Positions 28,855 to 37,243 of a stretch of 64,000 nucleotides of DNA are shown one piece after another (the stretch's first letter is position 1; the number at the start of each line of letters is the position of its first letter). The notes beneath the pieces are model-generated. The model had not been told where the DNA came from, made no database searches, and saw only the letters and a program-made list of their open reading frames with translations. A program made the position numbers and the translations under genes. Origin of the DNA: a virus (Duplodnaviria; Caudoviricetes); IMG/VR virus record IMGVR_UViG_3300011242_000002, positions 32,001-96,000 of that record; one strand, written 5' to 3'.

Positions 28855-28890
28855 AGCTGCAGATAATCTCAGACCTATATTAGCCTAGTG
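28855..28890 (+). promoter_or_regulatory. putative early promoter AGCTGCAGATAAT...CTATATTAG-N5-TG
   Basis: Extended motif copy. Confidence 0.7.
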
Positions 28891-28943
28891 AGTAAGAGCA
28901 ATAAACCCTGCTCAATTAATCCTAAACCTGTGAGGAGTTCACT

Positions 28944-29183
28944 ATGTTTAATCCAATTCGTCTGGTTAAAGCCGCAATCGCTAAACGTGAAGAAGAAAAA
29001 GCCCTGCGCCAGGCTGAGCTGGATGCAGCACATGAATCTGCCGCACGCTTTGATTACGTCAGTATTGCACTGCGTCACATGAGCCAGCGTCAATTGGCAG
29101 GTGCGCTGAACAGCGGTTCATTACAGATGGCCCGCGCGCAGTTTGATATTGATCTGGCCACCATCCGTCGTCTTTCTAAATAA
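28944..29183 (+). CDS. small hypothetical early protein
   Basis: AACCTGTGAGGAG leader. Confidence 0.75.
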   Translation: MFNPIRLVKAAIAKREEEKALRQAELDAAHESAARFDYVSIALRHMSQRQLAGALNSGSLQMARAQFDIDLATIRRLSK

Positions 29184-29211
29184 CCCACACTTGACCTGTA
29201 AGGATTTTATC

Positions 29212-29394
29212 ATGGACGCTCTCGTTAAAATTGTTATTGCTCTGGGTGTAACCGCAGTGGGTCTGGCTGCATGTAAAGCTATGCGTAAGCCTGTGCAACC
29301 TGATGTCTTTGGGCAGATCAACGAACAAAGCCGAAACTTTACCAACATGCAGGCGCAGCACCAGGCTATGCATAATTCCCTGAACAATTTCTAA
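29212..29394 (+). CDS. small membrane-anchored protein
   Basis: GACCTGTAAGGA leader; N-terminal hydrophobic helix. Confidence 0.7.
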   Translation: MDALVKIVIALGVTAVGLAACKAMRKPVQPDVFGQINEQSRNFTNMQAQHQAMHNSLNNF

Positions 29395-29433
29395 GCCGCT
29401 TCACCTTTCCACCTTAACCTGTAGGAGTTTATC

Positions 29434-30063
29434 ATGAAAAACGTACTCGGTATCACTATTGCACTGGCCCTGACCACCACGGGTATGATTACCGTGGTTA
29501 AATCCCGCAATGCAGACAAAGCAGAAGCACGTCAGGTAGCTTCACGTAAAGCGTTCGGTGCTAAACTGGCTCGCTCTACCGAGGCTGCCAAAGAAGCCCG
29601 TGACGCTGCACGTCAGGCAGAACGTGAAGAAGCCAGTAAAGTGCGCGAGCGTTGGGAAGCTACCCCAGAAGGAAAGCTGACCACCGCGTTAGTCACTGCC
29701 GGTCAGTGGGTAGGTCTGCGCTATAACTTCAATAATACCAAACTGCGCAACGACGCACTGTACAACGCTGAGCAGAATGGTTATACACTGGGCCACCCGG
29801 GTCTGGTGCCGTTCCTGGTTATCGCACTGCGTGCCAAAGAGAAACACCCGGACTGGAGTGCTGAGCAGTGCATCGAAGCCGGTAAGATCGCGGCTACCGC
29901 AATGCGTTCACTGGGTGACAATTATCACCCTAACTCCGTGTTCATTGTGGTTGATGACGTCGTCAAGTTCGAAATCCTGAACCAGGACAACCGTAACTTG
30001 GTTACTGCGTTGATCGCAGTCTATGCCCGTTACAATGCTGTTGCTCGTCGTCACGCAGCCTAA
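29434..30063 (+). CDS. membrane-anchored hypothetical protein
   Basis: AACCTGTAGGAG leader; N-terminal hydrophobic helix and coiled coil. Confidence 0.8.
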   Translation: MKNVLGITIALALTTTGMITVVKSRNADKAEARQVASRKAFGAKLARSTEAAKEARDAARQAEREEASKVRERWEATPEGKLTTALVTAGQWVGLRYNFNNTKLRNDALYNAEQNGYTLGHPGLVPFLVIALRAKEKHPDWSAEQCIEAGKIAATAMRSLGDNYHPNSVFIVVDDVVKFEILNQDNRNLVTALIAVYARYNAVARRHAA

Positions 30064-30098
30064 TCCTTAATTAGCCCTTAACCTGTTGGAGTCGTAAA

Positions 30099-30338
30099 AT
30101 GAACAAAGCAATTATCGGTTGTGTAATCGTTGTGGGTGTTACTGTCGTTGCCGGTCTCAAAGCCCGCATCAAAAAGAGCAAAGCGATCCTCGCTGAGAAG
30201 CCGGTGTGCTACCGTACACCGAACGAACTGCATGAAGCCGCGATGGTCAACATCCGTGCCAAGTACCCGGCTGAGGTCGCTGAGATGTTTGACGCGGTAG
30301 GGCATGTCGTTAAAGACCATACATTGGTTGGTCGCTAA
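30099..30338 (+). CDS. small membrane-anchored protein
   Basis: AACCTGTTGGAG leader; N-terminal hydrophobic helix. Confidence 0.75.
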   Translation: MNKAIIGCVIVVGVTVVAGLKARIKKSKAILAEKPVCYRTPNELHEAAMVNIRAKYPAEVAEMFDAVGHVVKDHTLVGR

Positions 30339-30347
30339 TAAACAATC

Positions 30348-30375
30348 AGGAGGGGTTTCGACCCCTTCTTTTTTT
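30348..30375 (+). terminator. intrinsic terminator
   Basis: aggagggg...ccccttct followed by a T run. Confidence 0.8.
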
Positions 30376-30387
30376 GTTAGCTTGACG

Positions 30388-30423
30388 AGCTGCAGTTAAT
30401 TTCAGTTCTACATTACTAAGGCG
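30388..30423 (+). promoter_or_regulatory. putative early promoter AGCTGCAGTTAAT...CTACATTAC
   Basis: Extended motif copy, core at 30408-30416. Confidence 0.7.
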
Positions 30424-30470
30424 ATAAGCCGTATAAACTTTTAATCCATTAACCCGTAAGGAATTAAACC

Positions 30471-31154
30471 ATGGCGTATTATAAAGATTCAGATCAAGAA
30501 AAACCTGCATACTCGCAAGCACTGCATCAGGCCGGCCAGCATCATCGAAAAGCACCTGGGATGATTCAGTCGTATGTAAATGAAAACGCACACCCTAACT
30601 CAGCAGGCTGGCGTGAACTGAATAAACTCAACGACCGCATTACCGAGGTCCTTGACCGTGTTGCACTCACCATGCGCGGGCAACAGGTTAGCCGTCATAA
30701 AAATGAAAAGCTGAAGCCACTGGAAGGACTGTTCGATAAAGAGCACTACGAACAGTTTATGGTGAATGGTCGTGAGCTGGTCATCAGCGTCGGTTTCACC
30801 TCGTCAAAAGTTCTGCGTTTGGCGCTGACTGATATCACACCAAAACCAGAACCCGTAAAAGAAGACTCGCAAGACACCCCCATGCTTAAGACTGTCCATG
30901 ACGACTCGTTCATGGGTAGACGTGATAGATTTGAACCTGATTACATCTTCGGCATCAAAGACCCGCGCGAACTGCAGTATGGTAACAGGGACGGTTTGAT
31001 GTCCTGTGAAGGATACCGCGACACCATTGGGACAATAGGTCGCACGATTGAGACGTTTGCCGGAAAGAACGGTTTGGCGTTTTATGTGCAAGGTAAGATT
31101 GCCGAAGACAGACTGGTGTATATCTTCATCGATGATGATTCGGCAGAGCGCTGA
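30471..31154 (+). CDS. hypothetical protein
   Basis: AACCCGTAAGGA leader. Confidence 0.75.
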   Translation: MAYYKDSDQEKPAYSQALHQAGQHHRKAPGMIQSYVNENAHPNSAGWRELNKLNDRITEVLDRVALTMRGQQVSRHKNEKLKPLEGLFDKEHYEQFMVNGRELVISVGFTSSKVLRLALTDITPKPEPVKEDSQDTPMLKTVHDDSFMGRRDRFEPDYIFGIKDPRELQYGNRDGLMSCEGYRDTIGTIGRTIETFAGKNGLAFYVQGKIAEDRLVYIFIDDDSAER

Positions 31155-31236
31155 TTTCCACCCAAACCCTAAACCCGTCGGTATGGTATAAGACAACACC
31201 ATCTGCACTTATGCCGTTTTTAATAAGAGAGTCATC

Positions 31237-31998
31237 ATGAACCAAACTGGAAGGACCATTGAGATCACGCTGGATACGTCGGCGAATAACGTTTACCGTC
31301 GCCAGCGTTTCTATGAAATCCTGGAGGCATTCCTGCCGCGTGAATTCATTGATAAAGCCCTGGGTGAATACGCCAAGAATGACGCGGCGCATTTGGAAGA
31401 CCATGCTATTGCGGTGGTAACCAATGCCGAGATGATCATGGAGCGTTTCCCGGAGCTGCGGGAAGACTATCGGGTCATTTTGACCGGGGCATTGTTGCAT
31501 GACGTGAAGTGTCACGTGAACCGCGATAAACACCACATCCTGGGTGCGTTGGCGGTTTATCGTGAATACATCCGCAGTAGCCCTATTACCCGAGTCACGT
31601 TCTCCCAGGACGAGATTACCCGTATTGAGGAGTGCGTGCTCGAACACCGTGCGTCGTGGAAGTATCCCCGCAGCCACGATGCCTCCGAGTGCGTTGCTGC
31701 CGCTGACCGGGGTAAACCGGACCTGTTTGGCTATATGCGTCGGGCGGTGCGTTTCCGCTATGCGCACCTGCCAGAAGGTGCTGAAGTCACCGACCAGATC
31801 AAGCGTCAGATCATCAGCGAATCGATCGTGCACATGCGCGAGAAGTTCGGGGATAAAGGGTATGCCTGGGAAACCATGCCGAAGTATACTCTGCTGATGT
31901 ATGAAGAAGACATCGCTGAAATGAAAGCGTCCGTCATCATTCCTAACAGCGATCTCCACCACACGGCCTTTGAGCTGTTTGATGGCTGGGTCGTTTAA
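31237..31998 (+). CDS. HD-domain phosphohydrolase
   Basis: H...H, ALLHD, HH, EH and AAAD motifs. Confidence 0.8.
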   Translation: MNQTGRTIEITLDTSANNVYRRQRFYEILEAFLPREFIDKALGEYAKNDAAHLEDHAIAVVTNAEMIMERFPELREDYRVILTGALLHDVKCHVNRDKHHILGALAVYREYIRSSPITRVTFSQDEITRIEECVLEHRASWKYPRSHDASECVAAADRGKPDLFGYMRRAVRFRYAHLPEGAEVTDQIKRQIISESIVHMREKFGDKGYAWETMPKYTLLMYEEDIAEMKASVIIPNSDLHHTAFELFDGWVV

Positions 31999-32054
31999 CC
32001 GTTCGGCGGGGTAACCCGCCTTTTCTTTTCGATTACCCGTATGAGGATTTTACT

Positions 32055-32525
32055 ATGCCTACAGCAATCTATGTCTCCCCGTTCCGTGCCAAGTTCAAAC
32101 GTCCCGAGCTGTTAGTTCCTAAGCGTCCTGTGGTGCCCGTCAAGGAGTGCATGTTCGATGTCAAGCTAGAACGTCATCCGATTCGTGTAAACAGCCCTGC
32201 GTACACCCCAGAGCGTCTGGTGCGATTACTGAACGATCTGGAGCTGCAGGGGAACGTTATTAAGACGGTAGCGATTGACCAATGGACCTTAGGGTGCCGT
32301 ATGCAGGACGAGGTTATTGGGATCCTCGCCAAAGGTAATAAGCGGTTTGATCTGGCTCATTACGTTTGGTACGGACGGGCTGACGTCTGGCAGCACGCCC
32401 TGGTATTGGATGACCTGGTCAATGAACTGCAGCGCTTATACGGTACGGCGATTAAACCCGCTTACCTGTCCGAGAAGTGTCTGCAGTTGGAATTCACAGT
32501 GCGTATCACCATGCTGGATCGGTGA
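32055..32525 (+). CDS. hypothetical protein
   Basis: GAGGA SD. Confidence 0.7.
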   Translation: MPTAIYVSPFRAKFKRPELLVPKRPVVPVKECMFDVKLERHPIRVNSPAYTPERLVRLLNDLELQGNVIKTVAIDQWTLGCRMQDEVIGILAKGNKRFDLAHYVWYGRADVWQHALVLDDLVNELQRLYGTAIKPAYLSEKCLQLEFTVRITMLDR

Positions 32526-32639
32526 TATGTATTCCTGTACATAACTCCCTGTTCTTATAGAAGCCATTATTGGTTTTTAGCGAGCTAACGCTAACGAGAC
32601 AGGGTTTTATGACAATCTATATTCAAAGAGAATATACGT

Positions 32640-33185
32640 ATGTTTAGTGAATACCTACTCATTATCGTATTGACCTTATGCTTAGTGTTCGTTACCACTA
32701 TTCATATTGGCTACGTCAAGCGCGTACATGTGCGCTTTACCAACATTAACCTGGCCTACCTGCTGTCGATGTATGTGACCGCAATGCGTAGCGTTGCTGT
32801 GGCTGACCCACCGATACGTTCGATTCCAGCAGGTGCCGGTGGTGAAGACCGCATCCTGATTGGGACGGTGGAAAACGCCATAGTCGACTACCTGCGGATT
32901 TGGCAGTGGGCAGCGACCTCGATGTTTGCCGCCTCCCGCTTGCCGATGATGCAGTTCCTGCTGTCGGTCAGCCATCTGGCAACTCACGTCGATGAACAGG
33001 ATCGGGCGGTGGCCTACGCGTTTCAGGTGAGCGTGCAGGTCAATGACAACATCCAGTCGTTTCCGTTGGTGGTCTCCAATCGTGACATCAGCAAGATCGT
33101 GGGGAAACTGCAGTACCATGCGGAGCAGCTCGAGCAGCTGGTAAACCACTTTATGAACCGTGACGAGAAGGGGGTGCAGGCATGA
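32640..33185 (+). CDS. N-terminally membrane-anchored protein
   Basis: N-terminal TM helix. Confidence 0.7.
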   Translation: MFSEYLLIIVLTLCLVFVTTIHIGYVKRVHVRFTNINLAYLLSMYVTAMRSVAVADPPIRSIPAGAGGEDRILIGTVENAIVDYLRIWQWAATSMFAASRLPMMQFLLSVSHLATHVDEQDRAVAYAFQVSVQVNDNIQSFPLVVSNRDISKIVGKLQYHAEQLEQLVNHFMNRDEKGVQA

Positions 33186-33625
33186 TCGCATTAAGCTTGT
33201 GTTTAGGGGTGGTGCTTGGCGTGTTGGCCACCCTGTTGTATGTTCAGCACCGGCGCAGCAGCCTGGAGAGCTTAACGCTGCGTCGTTACAATGACGTGGT
33301 GGAGCTCTACCTGCGCACGCTTAAACGCCACGGTGCTGAAAGCATTACCCACTATAAGCCGACCTTCCATCCTACCAGCGGCCAAAAGCGGCTGCTGGAG
33401 GAGTTGCATTATGCCGGTGAATTGGTCAGTGCGGTACGGGGTCGCTTTCTGGTAGACCTTGTCAATACCGTTATTGATCGCAACGGCTGCGTCGAACTGT
33501 GGGTGTATACCCAAGACGACGTGGCCGAAGTGTTCTACCTGCCGGCCGATGCCGTACCGGTCGTCACCGGCACCTTTGCCGACATTAATCAGTTATTTAA
33601 GCATCACTTAACCCGGGGAGTATAA
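33182..33625 (+). CDS. N-terminally membrane-anchored protein
   Basis: ATGA overlap; N-terminal TM helix. Confidence 0.7.
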   Translation: MIALSLCLGVVLGVLATLLYVQHRRSSLESLTLRRYNDVVELYLRTLKRHGAESITHYKPTFHPTSGQKRLLEELHYAGELVSAVRGRFLVDLVNTVIDRNGCVELWVYTQDDVAEVFYLPADAVPVVTGTFADINQLFKHHLTRGV

Positions 33626-33628
33626 AGC

Positions 33629-34147
33629 ATGGATACGAATTTTGCATTTAACATGGGGCTGATGGCGGTGGCCATCGTATTAGGGTTGGTCTACCTGTTC
33701 TGGTTACGGGTACGAAACCAGGTTCATGGCGATCAGGAGTGTGATCCCCAGCTGATGGTAATTCACCGCTTCCTTAACGAGTCCATCATTGAGCTGTTGG
33801 AAAAGTGTACCGGTAAGCTTGCCGACCACTTTGAAACCGAATACGACGACAACTACACCTACCTGCGCGAGCAGCTGTCACGGCAGGTCAGACTGGCCAC
33901 CGATTACAATGCCTGGTGCGGCAGCGTGTCCTGTCATCCAGGCTGGTGCGTCTTCGTCTCTCAGATAAAGGACAACGAGGACTCCGACGATCTGTACGCC
34001 CCTTGGGTATTGACCTTAAAGACCGCCGTGAATGAGCAGCGTGATTTCACCATCCCGTTTAACAACGTGGCGTATCTGATTGACAGCCTGACGCTGCTGA
34101 ATGACCAGAACGAGCTGCTGGTGAGAATTGCGAAGGAGAGCCATTGA
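33629..34147 (+). CDS. N-terminally membrane-anchored protein
   Basis: GGAG SD; N-terminal TM helix. Confidence 0.7.
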   Translation: MDTNFAFNMGLMAVAIVLGLVYLFWLRVRNQVHGDQECDPQLMVIHRFLNESIIELLEKCTGKLADHFETEYDDNYTYLREQLSRQVRLATDYNAWCGSVSCHPGWCVFVSQIKDNEDSDDLYAPWVLTLKTAVNEQRDFTIPFNNVAYLIDSLTLLNDQNELLVRIAKESH

Positions 34148-34647
34148 TGGACGGACTTGGTCACATCCTGCTGGCATTAGCGGTGATCGTTACGATCTTT
34201 GGCGGGGCGTGGTTAATTGACCTGGTATTTGGTGACGGACCAAACCGGCGTTATCTCGCGCAGTACATTCTTGGGACGAACAGTGCGCTGGCGGGTTTAG
34301 GGATACCTTTGAAGAACCAACCTGAAACCCGAGAGGCGCGGACGTTAATCGAACGCCAATTGGTGTACCGGGCGCGGTCGTACAACCACTCCGTATCTTG
34401 CTATCGCAGCTTGGCAAAGCGGTTTGGTCTACACCAACCCCAGGTAATCATCATCAGTGACGTACGTTTTCTTGCTAGCAACTCGGCAATACTCACCCTG
34501 GAGGACTGGGACGGTGTACACGTGCAGTATAGTTTGATTCTCTGGCGGGATATTGAAACGACCATTGAACTGCTATCAAGCGCAATATACACCCATCTTG
34601 ACGTAATCGGCCGCCATCACTGGGGCAGTCGAATCTTTCAAAGCTGA
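34144..34647 (+). CDS. N-terminally membrane-anchored protein
   Basis: AAGGAG SD; N-terminal TM helix. Confidence 0.7.
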   Translation: MMDGLGHILLALAVIVTIFGGAWLIDLVFGDGPNRRYLAQYILGTNSALAGLGIPLKNQPETREARTLIERQLVYRARSYNHSVSCYRSLAKRFGLHQPQVIIISDVRFLASNSAILTLEDWDGVHVQYSLILWRDIETTIELLSSAIYTHLDVIGRHHWGSRIFQS

Positions 34648-34713
34648 ACCCGTAAAAGCGAACATTGTATTACCATGCTTTGAGTACCAACTCATAACTA
34701 ATAAGGACCTGTA

Positions 34714-34983
34714 ATGTCTGTAAGTAAGCGTAAAGTAGGCAACCGTATCTTAACCGTTCTGATCGCCGGTTTGGTCATTTACCTGCTGGCGATGTTTTTC
34801 TTCTTTAACGAGATGGAGGCCCCAGCCCAGATTGACCGCTTTAAGAAGACCAGCGTGGATGATACCCCTATCTTTAATCTTACCGAACCGCACACGCAGT
34901 GTCAGTACGTGTACGACTCCGTAAACAAAACGGTGGTGCAGGCCAAAGGGTCCGAGCATTGCCAGCTACCCATTTTGAACTAA
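34714..34983 (+). CDS. small membrane-anchored protein
   Basis: TAAGGA SD; TM helix and a Cys pair. Confidence 0.7.
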   Translation: MSVSKRKVGNRILTVLIAGLVIYLLAMFFFFNEMEAPAQIDRFKKTSVDDTPIFNLTEPHTQCQYVYDSVNKTVVQAKGSEHCQLPILN

Positions 34984-35058
34984 CTCAACTTGTATGAACA
35001 CAGCATAAAAACCATACCGGGGTCACACCCGGTATTATTTTTTGTTAGGGACTAGTTA

Positions 35059-35373
35059 ATGAAACAAAAACTGTTTGTTGCTCTCACGATGGGCGTTGTA
35101 CTGTATTTGGTGACGGGTGCATCCGATGCAGTGACCAAACGCACTGAGCCAGAACGCAGCACCCTTAGCTTTAACCACCCCTATGGTGGTGTGTTTGAAG
35201 ACCGCTTTGAGATCTATGAAGTATCGATTGAGCGCACACCCACCCGCTTTCTGATCGACCGTAAAACCGGGTGTGAATTCATGCTATCAGAAAACGGTGG
35301 TATTCAACCCACCACCCCGTTAGACCAGTGCCCGAAAGAAAACATCAAACCCTACAACTTGTCGGAGGAATAA
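35059..35373 (+). CDS. exported or membrane-anchored small protein
   Basis: Signal-like N-terminus; IDRKTGCEF motif. Confidence 0.7.
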   Translation: MKQKLFVALTMGVVLYLVTGASDAVTKRTEPERSTLSFNHPYGGVFEDRFEIYEVSIERTPTRFLIDRKTGCEFMLSENGGIQPTTPLDQCPKENIKPYNLSEE

Positions 35374-35375
35374 CC

Positions 35376-35942
35376 ATGACCCTGTCTACCAAACAACAGT
35401 TACGCGACGCCATTGCCACTGCGAATGATGTCACCATCCCGAAATGGGCCAGCTGCATTTATGGCTACAGCGAGTACATCTATGCTTCTAACGGCGTGCC
35501 CGGAGCAGAAACCCGTAATATCAAAATCCACCATGTGGAAGGGGCTAACTGGACGCCGGCACACACCATCATCGAAGTTATCAATGGCGAGATGGTTGAA
35601 CCCAGCCACCGCCGTCAAAAGCTGGCGATTATGATTGTCGGTGGACCTAATACCGGTAAGACCATGGTGCAGCGGATCATCACCAAGGCCCTGCAGGAGG
35701 CAGGTATCGGCTATGACCTGGGTGAGAACGCCCAACACGAGCTGGAGAGCGTCTGTTTAGATGAAGCCTTAAACAGCGTTGCCATTAGCCAGATCAATCG
35801 CAATACCAGCGTGATGGTTGAAGAGATTCACACCCACGCGTTGCGTCGTTTTGAACTGCCGGGTGAAACAATGGTCAGCTTTAAGGGTTATGATCACAGC
35901 AGCGGTTTTAAGATCCTGCCCGTGTATAAGGACAAAGACTAA
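35376..35942 (+). CDS. hypothetical protein with minimal P-loop module
   Basis: GGAGG SD before ATG 35376; IVGGPNTGKT Walker A. Confidence 0.7.
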   Translation: MTLSTKQQLRDAIATANDVTIPKWASCIYGYSEYIYASNGVPGAETRNIKIHHVEGANWTPAHTIIEVINGEMVEPSHRRQKLAIMIVGGPNTGKTMVQRIITKALQEAGIGYDLGENAQHELESVCLDEALNSVAISQINRNTSVMVEEIHTHALRRFELPGETMVSFKGYDHSSGFKILPVYKDKD

Positions 35943-36208
35943 TGGAAAAGCTAATTAACCCGGATCGTGACACAGTCACTATCAATATCGCTGGACCGGT
36001 CAACACCGGTAAGACCGTCTTGACACACCTTATCATTCAGCTATTACTGGCAAAAGGTCTGGAGGTATCAGTTACCCCCCCGACCGCGGATGAGCTCGGC
36101 TGGATGAAAGAAGTGAATGTCGATGAGGTCATTGATCAAGTTAAGGATCGTGTCCACATTGTCCTTAACCAGGAGCACGTTGTGGTGAAGCCAAAAGGCG
36201 GTGAATGA
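35942..36208 (+). CDS. 88-aa minimal P-loop protein
   Basis: IAGPVNTGKT Walker A. Confidence 0.7.
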   Translation: MEKLINPDRDTVTINIAGPVNTGKTVLTHLIIQLLLAKGLEVSVTPPTADELGWMKEVNVDEVIDQVKDRVHIVLNQEHVVVKPKGGE

Positions 36209-36558
36209 TGCCCTTTATTTGTTATCGCGCTAAACGGGCGGTGATGACACCCGACGTGATGATGCAGGCGGCAAGGCTGGTACGGATTCGCAAGCACGGT
36301 ATTGACAACCTGACGATTATGGATGTCTACCAGATTGTGGATGACGAACCTGACGTGCGGTATAACCGCAACGGAACACTGGTGGTTATTCTGCGCGCCA
36401 ATGGGAGGGTGGCTAAATTCATGCACCTGTCAGGCCGTGATATCAAACATCTGCTGGACGCTTTCCATCCGGCGTTTCATCCAGAGATGCATTCGCTGCG
36501 CATCGACGATCACCTCACCCTTGATAAAGAATACCACACCCCTTACGACCGTTATTAA
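36205..36558 (+). CDS. hypothetical protein
   Basis: ATGA overlap. Confidence 0.65.
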   Translation: MMPFICYRAKRAVMTPDVMMQAARLVRIRKHGIDNLTIMDVYQIVDDEPDVRYNRNGTLVVILRANGRVAKFMHLSGRDIKHLLDAFHPAFHPEMHSLRIDDHLTLDKEYHTPYDRY

Positions 36559-36568
36559 GGAATAGAAC

Positions 36569-37243
36569 ATGTCTGAGAAAGAACAACGTTACGCCGGCAA
36601 ACTGGTACAACATCACAAGGATGGCGATAAGGACCTAATGCTCTGGCAATATGAGGGCACAACCCGTTTTGAATTACCCGAACGTGCTGTAGCAGGGGAA
36701 AAGGCGCTGGTAGATGGTGAATTGATATACACCTTCGAAGACGACAAGTGGGTGTTTAATGTGACGGACACTTACGTCCTGTCATCCGTTCAAAAAGAAG
36801 AAACTGATGTCGAGCTAATCACCAGTGCAGCTGATCCAGTGGCCGGGATTGATTTCTCGTCTAAACCACGTAACGAATGGACCATGGGTAACTGGATTGC
36901 CCATGTGGGCGGCAGTATCCGTTCCGACCACTTCGTAGTCTTCGGCAGTGTGATGGCGGTTGACATGATGGTGCGTCAGATCATCCGTAACGTGCTGGGG
37001 GTTAAGAAGGAAGGCATTAACCTGTCTTTCTCTGGTGGCACGGAACAGCAACGCGCATTGCTTGCCACGACCATCGCCGGCATTATGCACCCGCTTCCGA
37101 TTAACCCGGGGTATAACCTGCAGAAGTACATTGATCAGCAGGCCGAATGCTCGCTGACCGAAGAGCAGTCTTTGGTCATCATGGATGCCATCGCGCGTAG
37201 TGGCGGTATCAATATCGATTTTGTTGCAGATAAGGTAGAATAA
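36569..37243 (+). CDS. hypothetical protein
   Basis: TAAGGA SD. Confidence 0.75.
   Translation: MSEKEQRYAGKLVQHHKDGDKDLMLWQYEGTTRFELPERAVAGEKALVDGELIYTFEDDKWVFNVTDTYVLSSVQKEETDVELITSAADPVAGIDFSSKPRNEWTMGNWIAHVGGSIRSDHFVVFGSVMAVDMMVRQIIRNVLGVKKEGINLSFSGGTEQQRALLATTIAGIMHPLPINPGYNLQKYIDQQAECSLTEEQSLVIMDAIARSGGINIDFVADKVE

Noticed and set aside
31126-31962. Long antisense ORFs (also 56010..56810, 60238..60894, 49270..49887)
   Set aside because: They lie opposite well-supported genes, show no recognisable motifs, and are expected shadows of codon bias.
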